Positions 36,181 to 50,224 of a DNA stretch of 64,000 nucleotides are shown here, piece after piece. The notes beneath the pieces are model-generated. The model had not been told where the DNA came from and ran no database searches. It worked only from the letters and a program-made list of their open reading frames with translations. Made by a program: the position numbers and the translations under genes. The stretch spans positions 4,383,320 through 4,447,319 of the forward strand of contig NW_002060948.1 in NCBI RefSeq assembly GCF_000150275.1, in the 5' to 3' direction. Position 1 is the first letter of the stretch. Every line of letters begins with the position of its first letter. Origin of the DNA: Trichoplax adhaerens. Taxonomy: Eukaryota > Animalia > Placozoa.

Positions 36181-39100
36181 TTACTTTTTCGAGCTTGGTC
36201 GACTTGAAGATTTTGAAGAAGGTTTTTTAAATTGACCTATCGTTAGCAATGTGAATCATAGAGAAGTTAGTCTTGCATATCTCAGATTATCATTAACATA
36301 AAGAAGAGTTGTAGAACTATACGCTCTTACCATCGCTTGTAGTCGTTTTGGCATGTTTGTCAGAGAATGCTGAGGTTGGACGCGATTGAGTCGGTACACC
36401 AGTACTGTGCGTTGGAGTTGGAATGCGATCTGGTTGCGATAGATCGGGGGTTCTTGGTATCTTCGGACGGGAAGAAAATGCTGCCGTATATTCAACATTG
36501 CTGTAGAGAATCGAAATAAGATTATCTCAGCTTCTTCAAGTAAACTGTAGCAGAAATGAAATTTCATTGTTATTTTGAATGTATCTCCTACTTTGATCGC
36601 ACTTTTGCCGAAACTTGTCTAGTTGGCTTTTCCGAAGGTTCTGTAGGATCGGTATTTTCCGGTTGTATAATTTTTTTTTCCGACTACGCAGACGTAGAAT
36701 CAATTTTAATTAAAAGTTGGCTATAGGATAAGTTAGCAAACAAAACTTCTACAGTTTGCTATTCTATAGCTTGCATTGTTATAGTGGCATATTCTAATAT
36801 TACACCTATACAGCATTATAGGCATAACTACTAAGTATTGTTCTTCAATGAACCTTGCTATGAATTTAATAACGTAAGTGCTGTTGATACCAATTTCGAG
36901 TCATTTTGACTTAGCGTACAACTTAAAGTGAACATATCATTCGACAACAATACTACGCACAGTTTTAAAAGTGATTGTTGTATGAAGTCAGAAGTAAATC
37001 ACTTGAACACTAACTCACCCCAAGGATCTTAGAGATAACTTCCGATGCTTTATCATCAACCGCTAGAACAAAATTAAGCAGCAAAGGTATTAAGATCTTT
37101 GCATGAAACGAAATAATAAGAAATACTCTCACTTACGTAGTTGGACCTCCGTGTCATCTGGTGCTTGAGTATCATCAACAGCTTCCTCATCGTCGACCTT
37201 TGCCACACGACCTTTTGTCACTGTACCGGGCCTTATTCTGCCGTCATCACTTTTAGCACTTCCTAATGAAACTGACTTTGCACTACCACTTCGAGTCTTG
37301 GGTCGAACAACTTCTACTTCGCCCTTTCTACTAGGGGGGTTATTTTGCAGTGAACCAGATCTTTGTTTCGTCTTGCCGCTGTTTTGCGGTGACTGCTTGG
37401 ATGGCTTAGCTGAACTAAAAGAAGACGTTCGAGGACTATAGTTTTCTTCAGCTCGCGATTGTGAACGTGGCGATTTATTGGCACCATAGCTGCTAAGCCG
37501 ACTTGGCATTTTACTAACGGTTAAATCTGCTTGAGAAGCAGGTCGCGATTTATCTCCACTATTTCCTTCCTCTAGAAATTTGTTAAGTGTAATTATAATC
37601 AAAAATGTAGTACTAGAACATCAAGCCGTACACATATTCTAACTTCACCTTGTAAGTTCTCTAATCGGACAGACTCTCGAGCAGACTCTATCCCTGTAAC
37701 CCCATCACTGCTTGCCATTTTATTTAAGAAAACAAAGCTCAAATATCTCTTACAAGTGCAAGCATTTTATAACATTCTAAATAAATTACATTGTGACATA
37801 AATTTTATTCATGTTGGCTCCATAACTTACCCTTGATAGCTTTGCTTTAATTTAGCTGTAAGACACAGATTGCAATAGAAATGTCAAAAGGTAAATATAT
37901 CATTAATGACTAAAATATAGGAAAATCCACTAACACTGCAGTACGATAAGAGTGTCATGAAAGCGAGTACAAGTTCAACACAATTATGCTATACGATTAC
38001 TTGATAATTTAAGTAATAATATGATAACTTTATTAAATTACAGTTACCAGTAAAAATTGTAGATGGTGTAATCGGTCGTTGTAGAGGCCCATCGTCAATA
38101 CTATGAGTAATTCCCTACATTAGAAGGGTACTTTATCAAATTTCACATTACGACTGATAGTAAGAAGTAATAACAATTTCACTAAGTAAAATTACCCTTT
38201 CTCTTTTCTTGTGCTTAACACCTAGAGCCTACAGCCATGTAACAAACAGGTAAAACTGCATATTTAATAAAAAAAGATCAAGCCACTAACTGATATAATC
38301 AGTGTTTAAAAAAAGTTGATACCAACTAAGGTTAAACATACCACCGAATATCTGACTTTTAAAAGATTTTCACCATATAAATCCCCGTCATCTGGTACAA
38401 TATTGTCGTCCTTGTCGATGTCCTCCTCGAGAGTTTCTTGATCATCCTGTAAAAGATATTTGATGAACTTTTCGTTATGGAAACGATCTTATTCGACCTT
38501 AAATAAGTACTTTTACATTATATAGTACAATTTCATTAACTGGTTATCGTAACATTCAAAAGGGCTAACTGACATCATCGTCTTCTTCGTCCTCGTCATC
38601 TGAAGCTGCATCATCTTCTTCATCGTGTCTGTTTTCTGCAATTATATGAGTTTAACTATTAATATGATAAGTATTAGCCGTCGAGATTTAGGCACCAAAT
38701 CTACCTGAGTTTAATTGTTTTAAAATAAATTCCATTTGACGTCTTTCTTCAGCGTTACTATCACTCTGATAATAATTGAGCATGTCTTCCAATCCCTTGA
38801 TAACATTATAGCCGATTGATATTAAACTAAGCCAAACTACCTACTATTTTTGATTGATATCTTACTAACCATGGCTTTAGCCTCTTCACGAATTGTAGGT
38901 CTTGATAAAATACTATACAGTGCACCATTAACGTAAGGTCGAACCTATTGTAGCGTTCACGACAAAAGTAAGATTACGCAGTAATAGTCACACTTAAAAA
39001 GCGTAAATCCTTTACTGTGTTTCAAAAATTAAGATTATAATAGATTTGACATACTTCGCGGTTTTCATGCCCTAAGAGATCGCAAAGAACTTTTAAGACA

Positions 39101-42100
39101 GCACTGGCTTTACTTTCACAACGAATCTTTCCTGTAACAGGATTTTAAAATATCAATAATTATATCAAAATCAAATGCGGGTAATATTGACCTGATAGAG
39201 AAGAAGTTACCTGCTTTTCGTAGGCAGAGATTCATCAATAGAGCCACAGAATACTCCAAAAAGTAATCGGACATAGATTCAAAGCACCGATAAGCCATTC
39301 AATGAAACCTTCAAGGATCATTTGGGTCTGAAATTTCCTTCTGCGGAATCAAACATTGTTCAAAATACAAAACTATCAAAGATTTTTACTAAATATATGT
39401 TGACTGTCGCAGTAAATTATATTATTTGCTTATGAACAGTAGTGTTGACCTTAAACTTAGTTTTTGCACACAACCAAGTAGATTTTCCATTGATAAATCA
39501 TTGAATTTATTATTTTCCATGCTTTTTTTCAAAGCATGAATCAATCTTTCACTCCTACTTAGATACGTACGCCCTGATTTTGATATTATCATAAATGATA
39601 TTACATGTTAGTTTATAACTTATCAGCTATCCGGCCCTATGATGTCATGATGTAACCTAGTAGTAGTATTTACCAGCGCTTAATGATGCAATCGCATTAA
39701 GAAATCTTGCAAGACTTTGCCTCAATAATCCTTCATTTAGTAATTCTAAAAGTGTATCCTGCGTGTATATGCGGTTAAAAGGAGAAATTTTTCTAGGTTA
39801 CTGTCAATTTGAAAGATAGCTGAGAATCGAATCCAACCTGATAATTTCCACTTTCCACGCAACCGAGTAAATCGTTTGAAGAATAGCTAGCCATTGTTTC
39901 ATCACGGTATTCAATGGATGATGCTTTGGTAATTCTCTAAATAAATCCAAATAATCAAAATCTCGTAAGTATAAAAAGGCTAAGGATCAAAGGGTACTGT
40001 GGTTATATGGCTCACCCAACGAAGTGCTTGCAACAGAAAACCTTTAGCCGGGTCGCTTTCCGTGGATATGTCTAGTTTTATTTTATTGAAGTCTAATACA
40101 GTTGGTTCGTTACTTCCATCCATAGAAGATCTCACTGGTTTCAATCTATAATTAATGGAAAAACTGGAACTTTAGCGGTTAATGTAATATCTACCACATT
40201 ACTTTAAATCTGCTTGCAACAATATGCAAATATGTAGATACTGGATTAGAATAATATTAATAAACGGACATGGATGTGCTTTCATTGATTGCAACAGACT
40301 GGCGAAGTAGCGCAGAAGCCTAAAATTGGAATAAATAAAATATATTGTGAGCAATAAGACAGTACAGCATGTACACTGTACCGTATAAAAATCTTAATAA
40401 AGTACTAGCTATCGCTTAAAGCAAATATATGCATATTGCAAGGTTACCGTTCCGGGTCGAGAGATATCCACCGATTGATTGGCAATACTACCGGCAAAAA
40501 GACGATTACAAACTGTTCGAAGATACTCCGTTGTCACCTAAATACATTATAAGCATGATTGTTACATCAGTATTTATGGACTGAAATTATGCACTTGTGC
40601 AGTTAGTTCTAACCGGTTTCCCTTTAATTGAATCCTCCATAACATCCACCAATTCTGCAGTAATCCCGATTAAGTTATGATAGTCAGCCTTTGAATAATT
40701 ACCGTAATGTACATAATTAAAATCAATTTAAATCAGTATTTTGTAGAATGTCATTGCGAGTGACATCAGTATCAAATAGGTTAGATCCTGTACCTGTATT
40801 TTATTGAAACGTTTAATATATTTTACTACACGTTGTTCACTTGCTTGTAGATTTCGATCAGCTATTGTTCAATATGATAGATAATAATGAGTGTTAACAC
40901 AACGTTAAAAAAACCCGGTCAAAGATAAAAATATAATATACTAAATCCTCACCTCGCTTAATGATCAATTCCTGATTTTTCTGATGTATAAGAGTATTAG
41001 TTAAGGTTGTAAAAGATATTGTAAGTTGAGACAATTTGGATGCGTGTCAAATTATGTTATATTATTTATAATTCTATGTCGTGAAGTAATAATTAATAAA
41101 TTCTAAATTTTATCGTCCGTACCGATACTATATCTGTAAAATCACTCTCAATAAGATAAATATTAAAATAAAAGGATTTCAAAATATAAATTTTCATGAT
41201 CTTTGGCGAAATATCATACAATAATTACTACAGAGGGCATATTAAACAAGCATATATTTAAGATCTTACAGGCAGAACTACAAAAAAGTTCTTAGATCTT
41301 AAAGTAGCAATTGTTTCTACGTTATATTTGGAACCGCTTTATATTTTCATTTTAAGGATGTTGAGGTAAAACACAACAAAATGAGGACTTTGAAGGTGAA
41401 TTGGGTGTAATCATGCCAGGATACGAATAAGGTGACCAATTTAGGTTCGTTAGAGACCTTGAGCGTCTGTTTTAAGAAAGCTTCTAGCTTCATTCGTAGA
41501 TTTGATGACCATTCGGGCTAATAAGGAGATATTTTGAAATCGTTAGGCACATCGATAGAGACAAGACACTATGGTAACATATAGGAGCTTCATTTTGGGT
41601 TTGCTATTTTACCTTAAATAAGCTTTTAAACTCTTCATGATTTCTTAAATCAGGCACAAACGGTAATGCAAAATATGGTAGTAGATCTCTTGATTGACTA
41701 AAGTTCGATCCACGATTGTCAAGATACTTTCTAAAACGCGCCATACTCTCACTCGCATCCTAATAAGACAAAAAAGTAATATTACTTCTAATTCTATGAA
41801 TTATTACAATTAATTAATCGGATAACTTTTTTAAGGCCGACTAGATAAGATACAATTAGAGAGTATTAGAATAATATATTATAACTAAAGATGTAGCAAA
41901 TTCGGATTAATCAATTTAGGGTTCTAATAGATTAATATACTTTAGGGAATCAATGCCTCAAACATCAAATTTACCACTGTAAAATAAAATTAACGAGAAA
42001 TGAAATTCCCGCTTCAAAACTAGTTTATTCTATTCTATATTACGTTCAAATGCTTACCAGTGAATCTAAAGGCGATAGCCTTGGATAAATTGCAAAATAA

Positions 42101-43117
42101 ATTTGCAATGAAAATTCTAGTCGTTGACATTCCTTATCTGCATTCAAAGTTTCAGGAGGCAAACTGGTGTTCCACAAGGAAAAGAATTCGGTATGATCTC
42201 CGTTCTTGTAGGCCGATATTAAATCGCTCTTTAAGATCCATACATACATTAATATGTATACTTTATTAGTTGATACAGACAACATCGTTTTATCAAGATA
42301 GAATCGTCATTCTAGCAATATTATATGATTATTATTTTTTCTGGCTTATAGCAGCTGTTATTGTTACTATCACAGTATACCTGCAGTTTAACTTTTTCAG
42401 CAGCAGTTTGAATCTGATTTAAATTTGGATTAGCTTTTCCAGCATTAACGCACTCCTCACTAAACCTGATGGCAGTATCTTTAAGCCCACTAAACAATAA
42501 GTACTATATAAAATTTAAGTGCACGTATTAGTAGACTTGTTAAATAATATGAATACCTAATATCCATAAAGCAATAGATGATATCGCAAATATAGATTAT
42601 AAGAAATAGCTGATGATGTTTTTTGTATGGAGAAGAGAAGATTACTTAGAAACTCTTCTAGTAGTTAACAAAATAACGCACTCATATAGTACGTGAGCGT
42701 CTTATGCAGTTTATCATCTAAAGAATTAAATGCACGATGCCTTACTGGAAACATTTACGACTACGATGCCTAGCACAACTTCACAATTTAATATTCTAGT
42801 TACTTATCGTATGGTATATCATCAAGGACCATCTCAAATTATGAGCATCAACATAATATCTTAATTTATTTACCACTCAAGGAGAAAAACCCACAGTACA
42901 GTGAAGCTGTAATATATCTTACGTTTTTGTTTGGCATCCTGTCACATCAGTCGGTTAAATATAAATATAATTTATACTGATGAACGACATTTTCGCTATT
43001 TTCATTATTAAATAGCCGTGTAACAAAATTATAAATACTATACTATACCTCAGTAATGACGCTGTTAAGATGGTCTTCGTTCACAACGTATTCAGTGTCG
43101 CTCGATGAATCCTTCAT
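36181..43117 (-). CDS. ARMC9: LisH domain-containing ciliary protein ARMC9
   Basis: LisH-like N-terminus ([18 protein letters not shown]). Conserved blocks [100 protein letters not shown]. Ser/Lys/Arg-rich C-terminal tail. Confidence 0.9.
40981..41424 (-). other. U12-type (minor spliceosome) GT-AG intron in ARMC9
   Basis: 5' splice site GTATCCTG at 41424. Branch site CCTTAAC (+ strand gttaagg 41000-41006) lies 19 nt before the 3' end. Splicing keeps the frame (KLVTLF|KNQEL). Confidence 0.8.
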
Positions 43118-43974
43118 ATCGGTTTTGTTTCGGTAAGTATTTTCGGATGCCACATTTAAAAGGATAGCTTTTTTAAGTAATTATTGCTTTATCCGCCTAG
43201 AAAGAAATGAGATGCATTTGCAATCATTTTGAAAATGATATGGGGATTATATCATACCAAACTTTTATGGCTATCCAACAAGGTATTCTCGGGTATAACA
43301 ACTTAAATTGCAATCAAAACATCGTTCGCAAAACTAAACTGTTCTAACAAATCATGGTGCATTTCATCCTCAACAGATTTGCATGCCTCATTGGTTACCA
43401 AAAAGTATGCATAAAAAACTCTTTCTACTACAATGCTAAAGTAAGTAAGTATAATTTTTGCTGATTTCAAATATTAACATGCTATTGAATCATTCATTTG
43501 TTTATACTTACAGTATTTAAGCTAAGCTATCTTACTTCACATACACTGATATTGACGCCTGAGACTTACTGGAAGGTGCTACTACCGCAGTCAAACTTGA
43601 ATATCAAGACCCGTAGAATCTTATTATCTTGACGCTTTCTTCCTGTATTGGAAATATTTTCAAATTGGTCCAGTAAATCGAGCCTGCTGGCTTAATATTT
43701 ACAGTAGGTGGGTAACGTTACTGGACATTAGATTGATTATTGATGAACTGGAATTTCAAATTTTTCTAGTTATTCGACTATTCGTTAAAGTCGTTAATAG
43801 TAAATATAATTAGCACTCAGCCACATTACAGTTGCGCACTGCTCTACAGGTCAGTATCCTAAACAGTGTCTTGAACAGATGAAGATGGTGCAGGAGCTAA
43901 ATGCGAATAAACAGACCTACCGTTTCTATGGTTTCATCCTTTATTATCGACTGCCCAACGCCCATGTGAAAGAT

Positions 43975-44045
43975 GAAGTGACAGCACAGTGTACAGTGTA
44001 CAGTTGTACAGTACAACCATTAGTAGTACTGTACTGCAGCTGGGT
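43975..44045. promoter_or_regulatory. TACAG/CTGTA array in the bidirectional ARMC9/PPIH promoter region
   Basis: acagtgtacagtgtacagttgtacagtacaacc...gtactgtactgcag between divergent genes. Minus-strand donor-like sites near 43569 and 43920 suggest ARMC9 5'UTR exons reach this region. Confidence 0.55.
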
Positions 44046-44287
44046 GCAAGGCTTCCGTCATGCGCGTTTGCTTCTGGTGCACACGATTTTACTATGCTGG
44101 CCCGAAGACCGTTTCCAGTACCAGCACCATACTGAACGGTCTCCGATTGTATAGCCACTGGGCAACTTCAGAACAATCGAGCTGACAACTTGGACATATC
44201 TACAGCAAGCTGAATAACTTGCAATAGTTACCTGAGTTTAACTTGATTTCCTTGCAAGTAATCTACGAAATAGTTAAGAAATTTGCT

Positions 44288-46773
44288 ATGGCTTTAGCAC
44301 CGAGTAATCCTTCAAATCCTATTGTTTTCTTCGATATTTCTATTGGTGGTCAGGTAAAAGTGACGGCTTTGAATTATCATAATTTATGAATTCTGCATTT
44401 TGTATGACTGTTTTAACGAGGCCAGTTATTTGCTAGAAATTGATTTCAACGTACTTTAGGTAGTATATGAGATCGTTATTTATTATTAAGAATTATAGCT
44501 AGCATGTGCAGCAAGATTTTATACCATCTTCTCATCAGGCTATGATAAGATCAGTCGAATAGAAGATTGTATCGTCATGTCCTTAAACATGTACTGTACT
44601 GTACAAGTATACGTATATTCGTTCTACGAGTATTTCAATAATAATTCTAAATTCTCAATACTTAATTTAACATGGAACAGTATTTGAAATTGGTAATTTG
44701 TAACTATATTGTGACCAATGTTAACGAGTTCTTTTTATTGCGCACTTCAGCCCGATCCATACTTTGCAAATATTACTATTGCATGCTATCATTTCATCAT
44801 TAATGTATACGGCAGAGTAAAGTACTCTAACTGTTAACAGAGCGATCACCAGCACAGAGGAGTGCAGCAGTACCTAGATAGTAACACCGTCATTTTCATA
44901 TTAATGCGTAATAGGATTACCCTGTCCGCCACCGAAGATAGCGTTATCGTCAACCATAATTTTAAAATAGCTTTTCAAACTTCTACTTTAAAGTTACAGA
45001 GTTAGTTTAAACTGCAATATAAAATCCTATCGATGACTAAATATGTAAATCATGCGTGTTGGTAAATAAATAATATCTTCTCAAATTTGGGAGAAAATCT
45101 AGGTATAGTTTCTCGTTATAAAAATTTTCTATGCATACATTTAGGAAGTAGGTAGAATGAAGATGGAACTATTTGCTGATGCTGTACCGAAAACAGCAGA
45201 AAATTTTAGGTTCGTTAACCTAGCAGTAATCAAATTTCTCTTCAAAAATTTAATGTTGTTATCAAATTTTAAGAGCTAATAGTTAAATTGAGTTTGATCT
45301 GTAACTTGCTTCCCTTAACATAATATTTCTTAATGGATATTTGTTGTTGCAGGCAATTTTGTACAGGAGAATACAGGTAAAGTAATATTTGAAAGATTGC
45401 TACATAACTAATTTTGATGATCGTTAAGCTTTTACCTCGCGAGCATGCAATCCTAATATTTTAGTGATTCTTCAAACTCAATCTTTTAGGACTGCAGGTG
45501 TCCCTGTTGGTTATAAAGAATGCCAATTTCACAGGTATGAAATTGTGTATAAAATGCTCCCATATGCAATAAACTTTTAGCTGAGTCTACTAAAAATCTA
45601 TGGGTGTTGTAGGTATTTATGCCTATTTTATCGTACTAACAAAGCTAGCCTATAAAATATTTTTAATGTAACATGCATTCTTACTTTAATTATTGATACT
45701 AGAGTTATTAAAGATTTTATGGTTCAAGGTGGCGACTTTGTCAAGGTATGTAAGCTATCATAATTATGCAACCAGTTATAATCAGTTTCATAAGTAGTAC
45801 ATGATTTGAATGAATTAATTCTAGATTTGATCGTATATGAGCATTATAATTTGACACCTTAATACTATTCGATCATATAATATGGTGCTAATATATTAGG
45901 GAGATGGAACTGGCGTCTTCAGCATCTACAACGAAACTAACTTTAAAGATGAAAACTTTGAGCATAAGCATGTCTCCGCAGGCATACTTTCCATGGCAAG
46001 TTCAAAGCATATTTAGCTGATTTGAAATAGTTTAACAATAATAGTTCTGCTCCTGCAATATTAGACGTACGACGCTCTATAATATTGACTCTTTCCCAAT
46101 ATTTGACAATATTTCCTTTTATGATAGGCTAACAGTGGTCCCGGTACTAATGGCTGTCAGGTAGTAATACCGTATGCTTAGTTGGTTGCGCTTGCTATTG
46201 ATTAATTACTTCATAGAGCGATTTAGCTTAACATTTTCTAAAATTATAAATATAATCTGTTTTTAGTTCTTTATAACTTGTACGAAATGTGAATTCTTGG
46301 ATGGAAAGCACGTTGTTTTCGGTAATAAATCTTTATGAGTGATGTGTGTAATATTATCACTGTGCTCTAGTGATATCATTATTTAACATTCAGAGATAGT
46401 AGCATGAATTATAAGTTAGTACTGTATCACAAGCTACATGTACATTATGAGTGCCTGATCATCTTAATATACTTCTCCTATTAGGACGTGTTCTAGATGG
46501 TATGCTAATACTAAGAAAAATTGAGGTATGTATTTTCACTCTTTATCAGATAAATTGTCGTATTTATAATATTGATTTCTAGTAAATGGACTCATCATTA
46601 ATCGTGGCTATCCTAGAATAGAATATTTGTTTACTTTCGTTTTTTTCGTGCTTCGAATTTTAATCTATATTTGCATCTGATCATGTAACAACATATTGTT
46701 ACAGAATGTTCCAACGGGTCCGAATAACAGACCAAAGTTACCGGTAGTTATTACCCAATGCGGCGAAATGTAA
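44288..46773 (+). CDS. PPIH: Peptidyl-prolyl isomerase H (U4/U6 snRNP cyclophilin H)
   Basis: [86 protein letters not shown]...[68 protein letters not shown]. Confidence 0.95.
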
Positions 46774-47307
46774 ACTTATGACGAAAATGTATTTATCTCC
46801 GTTTTCTACAACTTCGATTTCACTATCTCTGCCTATGCAGGTTTCTTAGTCTTCCTTAAAATATTTCAAATTATGCACCATTCTTAATTGTGTTCTTACT
46901 CCTGTATATTACGCGATCCTATTATGATTGCATTTTGTATACCTTGAATTGATTCTTCCAAGTATTACCGATAAAGCCATTAAAATAAATAACAATTACA
47001 TCACAGGCATTTTCAATTTTTTATTGACTCAAAATACATAAATATTATTCGAAGCCGATGCCACCTTCACGGCAATTCTACAGATCATATTTTAATACAG
47101 TGCAAGGACGAGACTGGAGGAAAATCTGTAGGCCATAATCATACTATATACAAATATTTATATCGATCAAGTTCGTAAGGCGCTACAAATCCGTTAAAGA
47201 TTTAGGAAGTTAATCCTGTATACTAGTGGTATAGTGTACACAATAATTGACTGGTAAAATGAAAGACTGGCGACGGGATTAAAAAATTAAAGTAACCCGT
47301 CTTTGAA

Positions 47308-49583
47308 CTAGTTTAAAGTCCCTGGTGGAGCAAGTTCACCTAAAAATCGCAAACGTTAATTATTAGTTAACAATACAATTAACTACTAAAAGATATGAAA
47401 TCACCTGGTGGAGGAGGGGGAGCAAATCCTGGAGGTGGTGGAGGTAAGCCAGGACGCATGTTGGGAAATCCACCAGGAAAACCGGGTGGAGGAGGGGGCG
47501 GAAACATGGTCGGTGGTGGCGGAAGCATTCCACCCATTGGCGGCGGTGGCATTTGCGGCATACTAGGTGGAATTCGTTCCATTACTGGCAACACTGGAGC
47601 TACTGGAGGTACTATGGGAGGAACTTGCGGGGCAGCACTACCAGTATTACTACTATCCGTAAATGTTGGAGGAGCATCAGCGAAAAGCTGGTGAGGTCTA
47701 TCCGATTGTACCAGAGGATTTTGAGCAGCCAATAAACGCTCTATTGCAAACAAAATCATAAATTTAAAACTTTACTGGCAAATATCAATAATTCAATCTT
47801 CAACGTGTTAGTGGCTGCGTAGCAGATTGAAATACCTGCAGCCGAGCCATGGCGTTCGCCCTTTGAATCTTTCTTAAATGCGTATGACACATTTATCGTA
47901 CGATTGCACAAAAATTGGCCATTCATAGCTTCCATAGCAGCATCTGAGGCATCAAAGCTAGCAAAATTTATAAAAGCGAATCCTTTCGATTGTCCAGTTT
48001 CCGGATCTCTCATAATCTAGAAAAAAATTGTCATCATTACGTATGAAAATAAAAAAAGTATCAGCTTGACTAATGAAATACGTTACCTTCGGCGTCTGTA
48101 AAATTACACCAAATGCACTGAAAGTATCATACAGCTGTTTCTCGTCTACTTCTGGATCTAAATTACCAATGAAAACGTTTGCACCAACATCTAAATTCTT
48201 ATTATGCGCAGAAGCCTGTGAAAAAAGAAAATAAGATCTTATTTCATTCATAACGCTAATTAGCCCTATTCTCACAAATCTTCAGGAACTGCATCTCCAA
48301 CACACACAACATAGTATGAACTTACTTTATTTACTCTTATTGGCTTTCCATATAGCTTAATCATGTTCATTATTTTAATAGCATAATCAGCATCGTCTTC
48401 CCCTAAGAACTCGATAAATCCATAGCCTTGATGTGCCTGGGTTATTCTGTCTTTTGGCATATGTACATTGACTGTGTAATAAGGGAATAAATGTCAAGTT
48501 GTTGCAATGAGAATAGAGAATATAAGATAACAAATACAGTACTACAGTACAATAATAATCTATTACATATACATTCTATTCTAATACTACCTTATAGTAC
48601 TATAGACGTAAACTGAACAGTTTCATCCAATAAAAACCAGCTGAATATGACCAACTAACTAATCGAACTGAGTTAGTGTTTTGAGTTTGAAATAAGGACG
48701 ATCCAATATATAGTACAATTACACTGTTGAAAAGTGCATGAGCAACTGAGCATTCACTACTACTACTACTACTACTACACAGCTACACCGGCTAATATCA
48801 AGTTTTAAGATCTTTACTACTAGGCTTAAAGTAATAGGGATCAATTCAATTATTTTGATCCCGTAATGTGTACTTTATTGTGAGCGGTAATAAAACATCG
48901 ATATACTCTTACGTCAATCCTACAGCTGAATGGATTAGCAGAACGTATATAACGTTGATGCTCATAATACTAATTCTAATTATGACAATTTAAAGTTCTC
49001 CCCAATTAGCAATAGAGCAGCATAATATGTCTGAAAAAGCAATACATTTGATCTAATACAAAAAGAGAACTTCCTTTATAGCTGAAAGGAAAAGAGCAAC
49101 GATATTTATATCGCTGCCTGAATAGTTCATTTATTGACGCTTCACCATGGAGAAGTTTTAATCAAGTATGGTGTCTACTCATGCATAAATGTGATTTATG
49201 ATTGAAATCTACCTAGAACTTATTCACTGCACGTCTATGTAAATATATAACTATTGCGGTAGTTGCATTAACGCATTGAAAGCTATAGGATGAATTGATA
49301 AGATGATACTGCAATAAATGGAACCTACCGACTGGGCCTGCTTGCAAGAACAATTCCCATAAAAGCGTTTCGGATACTTTTTCATCCAGATTACCGACGT
49401 AAATGGTTGCATCTATTCAATACAAAGTACGACAGTATCCTTGAGGCGCATTACTTTAAGCATATGCTAGATCAATCTACAGTACGTCTAAATATAAAAT
49501 GTAATAGGCACCAGACATGATTATTCTTTGCAGGGAAGGTTTTACTAACCTTGATTTCTTTCAGTCACCGGACCAGCAGCCAT
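47308..49583 (-). CDS. SF3B4: Splicing factor 3B subunit 4 (SAP49): two RRMs + Pro-rich tail
   Basis: [61 protein letters not shown]...[26 protein letters not shown]...[26 protein letters not shown]. Confidence 0.97.
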
Positions 49584-49732
49584 TTTTCCTGTAGGCAAAC
49601 GCACGATGATCGTCGTTGGAGTTTTGGATTACAGTGTCAGTACGGTCCTGTAAAGATTCAGTATTGCTGTATTGTTCACTGGTATCATTTTTACTGGTTG
49701 ATGAGCAAGGCCGTTACGCCGGTCACTGCAAC

Positions 49733-50050
49733 GACAGTACAGTACCATATCAGAGGTCTTTGCTGTACAGTACAGTACTCTACACAGCACAATACTGTAC
49801 AGTACAATACGGACGAGACTACTGTACAGTGTACAGTACTGTACTGTACTGTACACTGTATCAGGGCCTCTAAAAAACCAGTACAGTACCAGACGCTCCG
49901 TGTACAGTGTACAGTGTACAGAGTACTGTACTGTATGTTGCAAGGTCAACGTGAGTTGTGTAACCATAGAGGTGCGTATGCACAGAGAGGTACTTAGCAC
50001 GTGCTGAATTGTACCGCTGTACCAGTAGTGACGATACTGTACTGTACAAT
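49733..50050. promoter_or_regulatory. Large TACAG/CTGTA palindromic array upstream of SF3B4
   Basis: Many tacag/ctgta/gtac units and a 15-bp perfect inverted repeat (49825-49839 / 49846-49860), ~150-450 bp upstream of the ATG. Confidence 0.6.
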
Positions 50051-50224
50051 TAAAAGGTTAATAATATTATGAATTCTTGTTATATCAACTGTCAATATAT
50101 CATCGCTGAAAGTCTGTATTCAACTTGCCTTTAATAAATAAAACTAGTGGCACCAGAATGAATGCCAAGACCTAATTCCAACGATTGCCATTTTAAGGCT
50201 GCAAGAATCTTCTCTGCAAGCACC

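Noticed and set aside
47395-47694. Gly-rich + strand ORF
   Set aside because: Antisense shadow of the SF3B4 Pro-rich exon.
49551-50000. Overlapping Y/C/T/V-rich ORFs (also 62552-62851 and 43879-44158)
   Set aside because: Artefacts of the stop-poor TACAG/CTGTA arrays; no protein-like features.
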